This document shows, in pieces, positions 45,947-55,931 of a DNA stretch of 64,000 nt (position 1 is its first letter; each line of letters starts with the position of its first letter). The position numbers were made by a program, and so were the translations under genes. The DNA lies in contig OZ242029.1 in assembly GCA_965205015.1 (NCBI GenBank), forward strand, positions 1,088,001 through 1,152,000, read 5' to 3'. This DNA is from Candidatus Poribacteria bacterium. Lineage in GTDB: Bacteria > Poribacteria > WGA-4E > WGA-3G. The notes below the pieces were generated by a model. The model was not told the DNA's origin. It ran no database searches and saw only the letters and a list, made by a program, of their open reading frames with translations.

Positions 45947-47386
45947 CTATTCACCCACCTCTTCCCAATCCAATACCTCCTGATTCCACTCAAATTGCTG
46001 CAACGGACCGAATTTGAGGTTGACCGTCAAACTTTTCGGGGTTGGCGAACTATCGAACAGATTGAAATCTCGGACGACAACGTAGGTATGCTGTCCATCG
46101 GTAATGGTCTGGCACGCTTCAATGAAGTCGTCAAGGTTACGGATCTGTTTTCCATTTATATCAAGAATCACGACCTTAGAGTTCCCATTCCGTTCCTGTA
46201 AACCGACACGTGAGAAGCTACTGCCAGCAGCGGCATGTGGTAAATAGACACCGTCGGCTTCTAAGAAGAGTATCCGTCGGAGTTGCGGCGTAATATCGTG
46301 AAAGACGGCACCGCCAAACCGAACAAACCGCCGCACCTTTTTCGCCTCCAAGTCTTCTACTGGGACATCAAGTTTCAGGTTTTCACCGTTCCGATAGATA
46401 TCCAAGGTAACACTTTCCCCAACGTTCCGGTTCAGGATAGCATCAAAGGTATAGAGGTCATCCCGGATAAGTTCATTATCTATACGATAGATAATATCGG
46501 AGGCACGGAGGATGGTTTCTCCTGTTGTGCGTGGGACCATGGATTCAACCTGAATCACCTTGGGGGTTCCTGCTTTGGAGGGACCTATCTCTTTTCGTAA
46601 AGCACTTGGGAAATTGAAGTGTTTGATGGCTTCCCCAATAGAGATAAGTTCTAAATCGACACCGATCTCGCCGCGTTGGATTGATATCTTGTTGCGAATC
46701 AATTCAAGGGCATCGTAGAGGTAATCGATCGGCAGCTCAAAACTCGAGGTGTCCGTGCCGCGGGCGTGAATAGCGATAACCTCACCTGCCGTATTCCACA
46801 CCGGACTCCCACTTGAGCCACCCGTCCGGTCAAATGTGGTGTGAATGTAACTGGAGTGCCGATCGCCTTTGTTAACATTGAGGTTGGTAATTCTTCCGAA
46901 TTTAATCGTATACTCCTCTTTCTCGTTGTTACCGATGAGCAGGAGCTCATCTCCAAGGGCAAGTGAACCCCATTCCCCGAGTTCAACGGCTTGAAGTTCA
47001 AAATCGACCTCGGCGGGATCAATTTGATAAAACCCGAAGTCGTGGGTTGGATCGTAGTAAAGAATCCGTGCTTCTGTGAAACTCCCGTCGTGAAAGTTGA
47101 TTTTGACATAGGCGGGACTGCTGCCCGTGACATGTCGGTTCGTGGCGATAATGCCATGTTTCGCGTCTACAACGAAACCGGTGGCGAAATTCGTGCCTTT
47201 CACTTCTGTTTCAAAGACGACCTCCGAAGAGGTTTCGACATTTACGACCATGGGTTTGTACGCGGCAACCTGTTCCGTCCAATCGTGTTCGGCATTGGCA
47301 TTGATAACCAAGATTAAGAGTGAAAAAATGGTTAAGATTGGACCGCACGGGCGATTTTTCATCACATTTTTATAGGTTTGTTTCAT
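45947..47386 (-). CDS. Exported trypsin-like serine protease with PDZ-like domains (Nma111/DegP7-like)
   Basis: ATGFVVD...TNRHV, DPTHDFGF, GGSSGSPV, followed by two PDZ-like regions. Confidence 0.8.
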   Translation of the reverse strand: MKQTYKNVMKNRPCGPILTIFSLLILVINANAEHDWTEQVAAYKPMVVNVETSSEVVFETEVKGTNFATGFVVDAKHGIIATNRHVTGSSPAYVKINFHDGSFTEARILYYDPTHDFGFYQIDPAEVDFELQAVELGEWGSLALGDELLLIGNNEKEEYTIKFGRITNLNVNKGDRHSSYIHTTFDRTGGSSGSPVWNTAGEVIAIHARGTDTSSFELPIDYLYDALELIRNKISIQRGEIGVDLELISIGEAIKHFNFPSALRKEIGPSKAGTPKVIQVESMVPRTTGETILRASDIIYRIDNELIRDDLYTFDAILNRNVGESVTLDIYRNGENLKLDVPVEDLEAKKVRRFVRFGGAVFHDITPQLRRILFLEADGVYLPHAAAGSSFSRVGLQERNGNSKVVILDINGKQIRNLDDFIEACQTITDGQHTYVVVRDFNLFDSSPTPKSLTVNLKFGPLQQFEWNQEVLDWEEVGE

Positions 47387-47417
47387 GATGTTCCTTTTTC
47401 TGCTTTGAATTTTTAAG

Positions 47418-47446
47418 AGTTTACCACAAGGGGTGATGGATGTCAA
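47418..47446 (-). promoter_or_regulatory. Sigma70-type promoter
   Basis: Minus strand TTGACA-17 nt-TAAACT with extended TG. Confidence 0.65.
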
Positions 47447-47598
47447 ATCTTTATTATTTTCAGTTGCCGGTTGTCAGAGGTTGGGTATATTTTGTCTGAA
47501 TCGCGGAGGGTCGCGGATGATGCAGCTGACGCGGATTTTAGGGAACCCACCATGAAATCGCTCAATATTCAATCGCGGTATGGGTTAATGTTCCTATC

Positions 47599-47627
47599 TT
47601 GACGATACCTCTCGAAAGTGATATATT
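47599..47627 (+). promoter_or_regulatory. Sigma70-type promoter (divergent)
   Basis: TTGACG-17 nt-TATATT with extended TG. Confidence 0.55.
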
Positions 47628-47705
47628 ATTCACATTGGTTTTCAATTTATTGCTCCTGGGCGAAAGAAACACCCATCTGAACGAACCGCAAGGAAAAATT
47701 AAAAC

Positions 47706-48626
47706 ATGGCGACACACCACTTTGAACCGACGGTCTATTACACAGCAATTGGCGCGCATGAACCGGTGCTTCACATCGAAAGCGGCGACACCGTTTTTAC
47801 AACAACCGTGGATAATGCGGGCTACGATGCCAACGATACACAGGTCACCGAAAGAGGCAATCCACAAACAGGTCCCTTCTATATTGAATCCGCAGAACCG
47901 GGAGATACGTTAGCCGTTCATTTCGATCGAATCGTTCCAAATCGTTTGATCGGACGGACGGCTATGACTGTTGCTCCGAATGTCCTTGATCCCGATTATG
48001 TCGCATCCGAGATGCCCGAAGGCGGCCTCGCAGAGTGGCATATTGACGTGGAGAAGTGGACGGCGACGCTAATGACCCCAGAGACACAGTTGGGTAGACT
48101 CACACTACCCCTTGAACCGATGGTCGGCTGTTTCGGCGTTGCTCCGCCCCGAGGACAAGCGATCTCAACAGCGACCTCCTCCACACACGGTGGAAATATG
48201 GATTATCGCGGTTTTCAGGAGGGTGTCACCGTCTATTTTCCTGTCTTTGTCCCCGGCGCGCTCTTTTTTCTCGGTGATGGACACGCCGTACAAGGTGACG
48301 GCGAGATCGTCGGGACGGGCATTGAAATCTCTTTCGACGTGCAATTTACGGTTGAAGTGCTGAAGGGAAAAAGCATCAACTGGCCCCGTGCGGAAAACAG
48401 CGATTACATCCTGGCAGCGGGAAATGCGCGTCCGTTGGATCAGGCGGTGCAACACGCAACGACGGAACTTCTTCGGTGGTTGACTGAACTCGGTTTGGAG
48501 AAACGCGCCGCACACACCCTGTTAGGGCAAGCGGTAGAATACGATATGGGTAACGTCTTCGATCCAGCATATACAATGGTCTGTAAAATTAAAAAGTCGA
48601 TATTACGGGACATTGGGATTATGTAA
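47706..48626 (+). CDS. Acetamidase/formamidase family protein
   Basis: NPQTGPFYI, HGGNMD, GDGHAVQGDGEI. Confidence 0.9.
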   Translation: MATHHFEPTVYYTAIGAHEPVLHIESGDTVFTTTVDNAGYDANDTQVTERGNPQTGPFYIESAEPGDTLAVHFDRIVPNRLIGRTAMTVAPNVLDPDYVASEMPEGGLAEWHIDVEKWTATLMTPETQLGRLTLPLEPMVGCFGVAPPRGQAISTATSSTHGGNMDYRGFQEGVTVYFPVFVPGALFFLGDGHAVQGDGEIVGTGIEISFDVQFTVEVLKGKSINWPRAENSDYILAAGNARPLDQAVQHATTELLRWLTELGLEKRAAHTLLGQAVEYDMGNVFDPAYTMVCKIKKSILRDIGIM

Positions 48627-48642
48627 GGTGTGAGTACAAGTC

Positions 48643-49470
48643 CTATTCTTTATTCATATTTAATTCCGCCATAGAGCGGAGATTCAACAGCGGTGTCATT
48701 ACACCACCGGCAGCGGGGAGGACGACCCCGGTGTCGTAGAGTTTCATCGCAGAAATGGTGGCGTGTGCGACATCCTCAGGCGCACCGGCACGGACCATGA
48801 AGATATAACCTTTCTCCGCCGCTTCCTCGTAATCGGGGATACGGACGCGTGAGAGGTCGGTATCAATCACACCCGCGGCGATGCCGTTGACCTTAATGCC
48901 GTGTCCCGCCAAGCGTCCAGCAAAGGCGCGCATGCTCATCTCCAGTCCTGCTTTTGAAATACAGTAGGCGGTGCGGTTGTCGGACGCCATGATATCGGAA
49001 ATCGAGAGCGTATAGATAATGCACCCGCGAATCTCGTTTGCTACCATGTAGTTCGCGACGCGTTGCGTGAGAAAGTGGGTCGCTTTGAGATTGGTGTTGA
49101 CAATCAGATCGAACTGTTCCGGTGTCTCCTCAAGAATATCAGCGATACGGGTGATACCGGCGTTGTTGATGAGGATATCCACTTTCCCGAAGGCATCATG
49201 TGCGGTATTGAGTAGTTTTTCGTGCGCATCGAGGTCGCTGATGTCGGCTTGGATAATCACCGCTTTTCTGCCCAATGCTTCCACTTCCTGCTGGACGGAT
49301 TCGGCGGCACCTCGATTCTGATTGTAGTTGATAAGCACGTCGGCACCCTGGCGTGCCAATTCGATTGCGATTGCGCGCCCGATACCGCGACTGGAACCTG
49401 TCACGATTGCGGATTTGTCGGTGAACGAAACATCCGTTGCGAAGAATCCGAGATCTGTATCTGTTGGCAT
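48643..49470 (-). CDS. Short-chain dehydrogenase/reductase
   Basis: TGSSRGIG, NNAG, YCISK. Confidence 0.9.
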   Translation of the reverse strand: MPTDTDLGFFATDVSFTDKSAIVTGSSRGIGRAIAIELARQGADVLINYNQNRGAAESVQQEVEALGRKAVIIQADISDLDAHEKLLNTAHDAFGKVDILINNAGITRIADILEETPEQFDLIVNTNLKATHFLTQRVANYMVANEIRGCIIYTLSISDIMASDNRTAYCISKAGLEMSMRAFAGRLAGHGIKVNGIAAGVIDTDLSRVRIPDYEEAAEKGYIFMVRAGAPEDVAHATISAMKLYDTGVVLPAAGGVMTPLLNLRSMAELNMNKE

Positions 49471-49664
49471 ATTATTTCTCCGTCAATTTATTAGGATTTT
49501 CATACTCCTATAAACATGCCGCCCTTACAGGGCTTGATTGTTCTATTAACGTCCTTCTATAAACATTCCGTCCCTACGGGACTCAGGACACCACCACTAC
49601 CTTACGCTTCTCAAAAGACTTGAATTGCAAATCGGCTTACACGGTTTCCTCCCACGATTTACTT

Positions 49665-50780
49665 TTAATCTGAGTAGGGGTCTGCGGCATCGCGGAGGGC
49701 ATCTCCTAAGAAGTTAAAAGCGATGACGACGATGAGGACTGGGACCGCTGGGAAAATGAGCCACGGATAATGGAGCAGAACCGTGACACGCTGTGCCTCC
49801 TCCAGTAGGACCCCCCAACTCGTCATCGGAGGACGAATGCCTAAACCGAGAAAACTGAGTGCTGTCTCTCCCAAAATCATGCCGGGGATAGCGAGGGTGG
49901 CGATAACGATGATATGGCTATAACATCCGGGTAACAAGTGCCTCGTGATGATGTGCCAATGTCCTGCGCCTGCGGCACGCGCCGCCATTACAAAATCGCT
50001 TTCTCGATATGCCAAGACCTTTCCACGCACCTGTCGCGCCAATCCGCCCCACCGTATAATCGACAAAATAATGGTGATACCGAAGTATATCTGGATGCTC
50101 GACCAGCCAGGGGGTAGCGCGGCACCGAGTGCCATCCACAACGGAATGTCTGGAAATGCCGACAGGACTTCAATCACGCGTTGGATGAGGTTGTCTACCC
50201 ACCCGCCCCAATATCCGGAGATAGTGCCGAGGATAGAACCGAGAATGATGCTCAGAAACACACCGACCAAGCCGAGTGTCATTGAGACGCGTGCCCCGTA
50301 CATGATACGTGAAAGCAGGTCGCGTCCCATCCGATCTGTGCCTAATAGGAACATGGGACCCGCGGAACTGAAGAAGTGCCTTCTGCCGTCCGCATCCTTA
50401 AAAAAGAATTCAACGGGATGACGCTGCGCCAAGTCTTTGGTAAATTCCAACTCCAGACTTTCTGGATTACGGACGGACTTTAAGCCGTGAACATAGAACC
50501 CGTCTTCAACCGAGAAATGGAGACGTTGAGGCGGCACATGGCGCAGTCGCATGTTGATCTCGTTGTAGTGATAGGGCGCGAAAAAGTCGGCACCGACAGC
50601 GAGAATATAGAAGAGCAGCAAGAGGACCCCCGCAATAACACCCATCCGATTTTTGCGAAACCGTCGCCATATCAGCTGGCGATAACTCAGCTGCCCCCCC
50701 TCTACATAAAAGTCGGCTGCATCTTTAACTTCTTCCGCAGGTTTGTTGACCTGATCATCTATGCTTGGTATCTTATTCAT
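49665..50780 (-). CDS. Peptide/oligosaccharide ABC transporter permease (DppC-like)
   Basis: LGTDRMGRDLLSR, EAA-like loop FVMAARAAGA, ETALSFLGLG. Confidence 0.9.
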   Translation of the reverse strand: MNKIPSIDDQVNKPAEEVKDAADFYVEGGQLSYRQLIWRRFRKNRMGVIAGVLLLLFYILAVGADFFAPYHYNEINMRLRHVPPQRLHFSVEDGFYVHGLKSVRNPESLELEFTKDLAQRHPVEFFFKDADGRRHFFSSAGPMFLLGTDRMGRDLLSRIMYGARVSMTLGLVGVFLSIILGSILGTISGYWGGWVDNLIQRVIEVLSAFPDIPLWMALGAALPPGWSSIQIYFGITIILSIIRWGGLARQVRGKVLAYRESDFVMAARAAGAGHWHIITRHLLPGCYSHIIVIATLAIPGMILGETALSFLGLGIRPPMTSWGVLLEEAQRVTVLLHYPWLIFPAVPVLIVVIAFNFLGDALRDAADPYSD

Positions 50781-51759
50781 AGCGAATCCTCGGATCTACC
50801 CAAGCGAGGGCTATGTCTGCGAGCAGGTTCCCGATCACCAGAAGGAGGCTCAGCATCATAATCAACGTCCCCGCGAGATAGATGTCCTCGTTCAATAAAC
50901 TGCGTAAAAGAATCGGTCCGACTGTCGGTAATCCCAAGACGATTGAGACGATCGCTGAACCGGAGAGAATACCGGGGAGACTCATCCCCAAAATGCTGAT
51001 AAGTGGATTGATCGCAATCCGTACCGCATGCTTACTCACCACAACGATCTCTTTAAGCCCTTTTGCTCTCGCCGTTTGGACGAAAGGCTGTCCCAGCACA
51101 TCAAGGAGGTTGCCCCGCATGATCCGCATCAAACTCGCGGTTCCGTTAATCCCAACGACAATGACAGGGATCCAGAGGTGCTTGAAAAGGTCGTTCAGTT
51201 TGCCCCAGGTCCACGGCGCGCCTTCATAGTAAGCCGAGAATAGCCCAAACAGTGGAACACCGAAGATATCAAACGCAAAGACCATCAATGAGAGTGCTAA
51301 GAGAAACGCCGGTATGGACATCCCGACGAAACTGAGGAAGGTGAGAAAGTGATCCGACCACTTGTATTGGTGCGTTGCGGAATAGACACCGAGCGGGATA
51401 GCGACAACGTAGGTGAAGATGAGCGATCCGACAGAGATAATCAAGGTGAAGGCGATTCTGTCCCATATCAGTTCGTGGACCTCTCGTTTATACTCAAACG
51501 ATTCGCCGAAGTTACCACGCACAAAACCACCCATCCAGATAAAGTAGCGTTTCCAGAGCGGTTCGTTCAAACCGTAACGCGCCCGCAATTCCTCAACATG
51601 CGCCAGTGAACTGCTATCGCCGAACTCCTCCTCTAACCGCTGAATTTCCCGGTCGAGGTAATCGCCTTGGGGGAGCTGGATGATAATAAAAGAGATAATG
51701 GAAATCGCCATGAGTGTCGGAATCGCGATCAAACATCGGCGAATGATATAGGTAATTAT
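50773..51759 (-). CDS. ABC transporter permease (DppB-like), apparent ATA start
   Basis: GNFGESF, TARAKGL, DPRIR; SD AGGAGA 7 nt before an in-frame ATA giving xITYIIRRCLIAIPTL. Confidence 0.88.
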   Translation of the reverse strand: MITYIIRRCLIAIPTLMAISIISFIIIQLPQGDYLDREIQRLEEEFGDSSSLAHVEELRARYGLNEPLWKRYFIWMGGFVRGNFGESFEYKREVHELIWDRIAFTLIISVGSLIFTYVVAIPLGVYSATHQYKWSDHFLTFLSFVGMSIPAFLLALSLMVFAFDIFGVPLFGLFSAYYEGAPWTWGKLNDLFKHLWIPVIVVGINGTASLMRIMRGNLLDVLGQPFVQTARAKGLKEIVVVSKHAVRIAINPLISILGMSLPGILSGSAIVSIVLGLPTVGPILLRSLLNEDIYLAGTLIMMLSLLLVIGNLLADIALAWVDPRIRYE

Positions 51760-51925
51760 GAGTGTATCTCCTTTTTATTTTTTACCAGTGTTGCGGGCTG
51801 CTGTCTTGGATAAACCCAAACCCGTAGCCCGTAATGAAATGAAGGGGTTTTTGCTTGGGTGTTTCTTCAGATTTGAGGAACGCACGTCAACGTCCAAACG
51901 TCCGTTGTTACTCCGCAAGGTATAA

Positions 51926-53872
51926 TTAAAAATTAGATAGCCAACACTGTTCGGGATAACTGGTTGCAGGCGTGACAATCGCCCACGGACCCAAAATGCC
52001 GTCGTTTGGGACGTTGTGAAAATGGTTCGCTACGACCAAGAGCGATGGTGAACGCGCCGCGGATCCGAGATGAAACGGTCCCTCGTCGATGTGAATCCTG
52101 ACGGCATCCCGGACATACTGGTGCCGTTGTTTTTCATCGGGTTCTTTTTTAATTTCGTCGTATAAGTCAAGCAACTTTTTCAGCGGTCCAGTGGCGGGTT
52201 CGCCCTTTTCACCCCCGGTTTCGTACCACTTCCCTACTTTCGGATGCCAGTACTTGGGGAGCGTCGGAAATACCCAATCGGGATACGTGAAGAGATCCAT
52301 CTCCGCTTCACCGTGCATACTGATTGTGAATTTACCGAGTGTACGCCGCAAACTTAACTCGGCACCCGGCGGCGTATAGAGCAGGGTTTTCAAACCGAGT
52401 TGCTCCCACCCTTCCTCAATAATCAACCCGATGTCGTTCTCCTGGCTATTCAGATTAGAACTCGGAACGTCCATGAGTATCTCAATCGGTTTTCCATCGG
52501 GACGCAGCCTATAACCGTCCTCATCGCGTGCTGTGAGTCCCATTTCATCGAGAAGTCGGTTTCCTGCAGCAATATCAAAGTCTGCGTCGGCACGTTTCCA
52601 TTCTTCAAAGAGGGTCTGTCCGTCTTCATCAGCGAAGTGCCATCCCTCTTGACTGACGGTTGCCGCTTGGGGCTCCAACAAGCCGCGCCATGCGATTTCG
52701 TTACATTTCACACGATCAATACCGTAAGCGAGTGCCTTACGGAAACGCTGATCCCGAATGAGTTTTCTTAACACCGGATCGGGGGCAGTCCAGTTAATCA
52801 AGATAGCGGGTTGTGCACCAGCCGTGCTTTTCCAGCGACGGACCTTATAGTTTCCCTTCTCCTGTCCCTTCAAATAGAGTGCGAGATCGCGGAGTTCCAT
52901 CCCGCGGTACTGGCAGTCGATCTCCCCGGCGAGGATTTTGAGCACACGTACCTGCGGCTCAGGCACTAAACTCGTTTTCACTCTGTCAATGTAAGGGAGC
53001 TGCCTGCCGAGTTCATCAACGACATAGTAATAGGGATTGCGTTCGAGTTCTACACGGAAACCTCCCTTTTCATATTTTGTCACCCGCCAGGGCCACAACG
53101 TCGGACGTTCCGGATTCTGATGTGGGATGTTTTCCTTCTCAAACCGGATGAAATCCGTGTATTTCGGGTTCCCGTTTGGGTGGAACTGCATCATGTAGTG
53201 CTTGGGAATGTTATATTGATTGCACCACCAAAAACCCGTCGCCAACCAGAGCGGCACGAGCCAGTTGGGACCTGCGAATTTCATGACAATCGTATAATCA
53301 TCGGGCGTTTCGACTTCCATTGGAATGCCGTTTACTTTACACCAAACCGGTGGGCTGTACTTGTACCGTTCATCAAGGCAGAGGTCATAATAGAAAGCGA
53401 ACGAGGCAGAGGTATAGGGATGTCCGTCCGACCATTTGACTCCCTTGCGGAGATGCAACGTTAACACACTTCCATCCTCATTGAACTCCCATGTTTCAGC
53501 AAGACCGGGTTCCAGACCGGAAGCATCAAATTTCCATCGGATGAGCGGTGCGTACCCCGCTGTCATCTTCCATGTCCCCAAATCTGGATGTGTGTGGAAC
53601 CGGTGCCACGTGCCACCATAGGGACCCGGACGTTCATAGCCATCGAAATTCGTCTTAGCAACGAGTGGGTTTTCTGGGAGCCGTTCCATGAGAGACGGAA
53701 GTTTGCCTTCGGTGACGCGTTTTGCCCACATCGGTGCCTCTTTGGCTTCGATTCCACGCGGAAAATCGGAGGTATCTTCCAAAGAGTTTCCCGAACATCC
53801 GGCGATGAAAATCAGTAAGATAATTAGAGCTTTCGCTGCATTCTGAGGGATTTGTATCGGAAACCTTCGCAT
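51926..53872 (-). CDS. Family 5 ABC substrate-binding lipoprotein
   Basis: Lipobox FIAGC; LRKGVKWSDGHP, LERNPYY, GRQLPYID. Confidence 0.9.
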   Translation of the reverse strand: MRRFPIQIPQNAAKALIILLIFIAGCSGNSLEDTSDFPRGIEAKEAPMWAKRVTEGKLPSLMERLPENPLVAKTNFDGYERPGPYGGTWHRFHTHPDLGTWKMTAGYAPLIRWKFDASGLEPGLAETWEFNEDGSVLTLHLRKGVKWSDGHPYTSASFAFYYDLCLDERYKYSPPVWCKVNGIPMEVETPDDYTIVMKFAGPNWLVPLWLATGFWWCNQYNIPKHYMMQFHPNGNPKYTDFIRFEKENIPHQNPERPTLWPWRVTKYEKGGFRVELERNPYYYVVDELGRQLPYIDRVKTSLVPEPQVRVLKILAGEIDCQYRGMELRDLALYLKGQEKGNYKVRRWKSTAGAQPAILINWTAPDPVLRKLIRDQRFRKALAYGIDRVKCNEIAWRGLLEPQAATVSQEGWHFADEDGQTLFEEWKRADADFDIAAGNRLLDEMGLTARDEDGYRLRPDGKPIEILMDVPSSNLNSQENDIGLIIEEGWEQLGLKTLLYTPPGAELSLRRTLGKFTISMHGEAEMDLFTYPDWVFPTLPKYWHPKVGKWYETGGEKGEPATGPLKKLLDLYDEIKKEPDEKQRHQYVRDAVRIHIDEGPFHLGSAARSPSLLVVANHFHNVPNDGILGPWAIVTPATSYPEQCWLSNF

Positions 53873-53873
53873 G

Positions 53874-54836
53874 TCAGACCTCCTCTTCACGCTTTACGAG
53901 GGAATCAGTGAACGTATTTAGGTCTTGGGAAACCCTTGTAAATAGGTCATCAATTGACTTGGCATGCGGTATGGTCTTTTCATATTTCAATTCTCTATTG
54001 TAGATATTATTGACTTTGTGCCGGAACTTCAAAAGGTCTTCTAACTGAAAACATGTTTGTTCGGAAATCACGGGAGATCGTTCGGGTCGCTGTTCCGCCA
54101 TTTGTGCGAGCAGATTTTTATGCCATTGACTGCCAGTCGGGACGTGCATATCGACCTCACGGGCAATTCGGAGAAAGATGTTCTCTATCCCTCTATAGAC
54201 ATCGGCGAGATCTGTAGCAATTGTATTCTCAATGAATTCTCTCGCCTCAATAGGTAGCACACCAATATACCCCAAACCTCTATGGATTCTTTCAAGTGCG
54301 TCCTCTATTTTTACGAGTTCATCGTTGATGCGTTGTGTGAGTCTTTTTCGGTTCATCTCATAAATTTCTCCGTCGTCAATAGGGAAAACCTGTTGCTGCA
54401 GATGTTTGTAAAGCGTCTGCCATATATCTCTCATACTACTGGAGGGACGGGTTCCTTTTTCGATGGGGATCGCTTGGTGTTTGATCCGCTCCCGGAAAAG
54501 TCCTTTGGAGGTATCAAAGTTAATGATGTCCATTTTGAATCCCGAATCGAAGTCCATCACCACTTCCCACGCTTTATCATAATCGTCATCGGAGAGTCCT
54601 GACACGGCGATATCAATATCCGACTCGTTTGTGAACCACATCGGTTCCGTGAGGGAACCGAAGACCACGACTTGGATTGTGTCAAACCGTGCATAGAGGT
54701 GCGTGGCGACTTCATAAGCCGCGTCCCATGCTCGATGGAGCAATTCTTCGTCCATGATTCGGCTTTTCCAGTGTTGCTCCAGTCGCCTTCTGCATGCGGA
54801 GAGTTGATCTACAGACATCTTTTGCTTTGACATCAC
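53874..54836 (-). CDS. Fused minimal nucleotidyltransferase (MNT)-HEPN/HepT-like ribonuclease
   Basis: VVVFGSL...SDIDIAV (MNT), then YRGIENIFLRIA...GSQWHKNLL...LKFRHKVNNIY (HepT-like HEPN). Confidence 0.85.
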   Translation of the reverse strand: MMSKQKMSVDQLSACRRRLEQHWKSRIMDEELLHRAWDAAYEVATHLYARFDTIQVVVFGSLTEPMWFTNESDIDIAVSGLSDDDYDKAWEVVMDFDSGFKMDIINFDTSKGLFRERIKHQAIPIEKGTRPSSSMRDIWQTLYKHLQQQVFPIDDGEIYEMNRKRLTQRINDELVKIEDALERIHRGLGYIGVLPIEAREFIENTIATDLADVYRGIENIFLRIAREVDMHVPTGSQWHKNLLAQMAEQRPERSPVISEQTCFQLEDLLKFRHKVNNIYNRELKYEKTIPHAKSIDDLFTRVSQDLNTFTDSLVKREEEV

Positions 54837-55834
54837 TATACTCCCTGTAACGCCAATGTATCACTGTGATGACACGCCACCTGAACTCCGGATGCTACCT
54901 GACGGAGCTCCGGGGTTTCCTGTTTGCATATATCGGTTGCGTACCGGCACCGCGGGTGAAAATAGCATCCGGTAGGCGGTTGAGATGGATCAGGGACATC
55001 CCCTTCAAGGCGAATATGTTCGCGTTTGCGCTGTGCACTCGGATCTGGAAGTGGCACAGCGGATATTAATGCCTCCGTATAGGGATGCTTCGGCGATTGA
55101 TAGAGGGTTTCAGCATCGCTGATTTCCACGATTTTACCGAGATACATGACCGCGACGCGGTCACTGATATGTTCAACGACACTTAGATCGTGTGCGATAA
55201 AGATATAAGAGAGCTGAAATTTTTCACGGAGCTCCGCCAGCAAATTGAGAATTTGTGCTTGGACGGAAACATCCAATGCCGAGACGGGTTCATCTGCGAC
55301 GATGAGTTCCGGCTGAAGTGCTAACGCCCGCGCAATACCGATACGTTGGCGTTGTCCGCCACTGAAGGCGTGTGGGTATCGGCGCATATCCTGCGATCTC
55401 AAGCCCACGGATTCCAACAGTTCCACAATCCGGTCTTGAAGTGCTGTCCCCTTTTCGGTCCGATTGACGCGCATCGGCTCGCCGACAATATCTCCCACCG
55501 TCATCCGAGGATTGAGCGATGCATGCGGGTCCTGGAAGATCATCTGGATACGTCTACGATACGGACGCATCTCGTGATAGGTCAACTTGGCTAAATCAAC
55601 CTCTTCCTCGCCGAAAATGAAACTCCCGCTTGTGGGTGGAATCAATCGGAGGAGGCATCGTCCTGCTGTGGTTTTCCCGCAGCCGCTTTCACCGACGAGC
55701 CCCAACGTTTCACCGCGTTGGACATCAAAACTGATACCATCAACCGCCTTGACATAACCGACAGTGCGTTGAAAGATGCCTTTCTGTATCGGAAAATATT
55801 TTCTGAGGTCGTTCACCTGAAGCAACTTCGCCAT
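54836..55834 (-). CDS. Peptide ABC transporter ATPase (DppF/OppF-like)
   Basis: [36 protein letters not shown]. Confidence 0.92.
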   Translation of the reverse strand: MAKLLQVNDLRKYFPIQKGIFQRTVGYVKAVDGISFDVQRGETLGLVGESGCGKTTAGRCLLRLIPPTSGSFIFGEEEVDLAKLTYHEMRPYRRRIQMIFQDPHASLNPRMTVGDIVGEPMRVNRTEKGTALQDRIVELLESVGLRSQDMRRYPHAFSGGQRQRIGIARALALQPELIVADEPVSALDVSVQAQILNLLAELREKFQLSYIFIAHDLSVVEHISDRVAVMYLGKIVEISDAETLYQSPKHPYTEALISAVPLPDPSAQRKREHIRLEGDVPDPSQPPTGCYFHPRCRYATDICKQETPELRQVASGVQVACHHSDTLALQGV

Positions 55835-55931
55835 TGTTTATCTCTTATCCTATCTCCTAATTTAAGGGAAGGCGGATATACGAAAAGGTACTTCAATATC
55901 CAACCCCTCCTTACCGAATCGCAAGGTAAAA

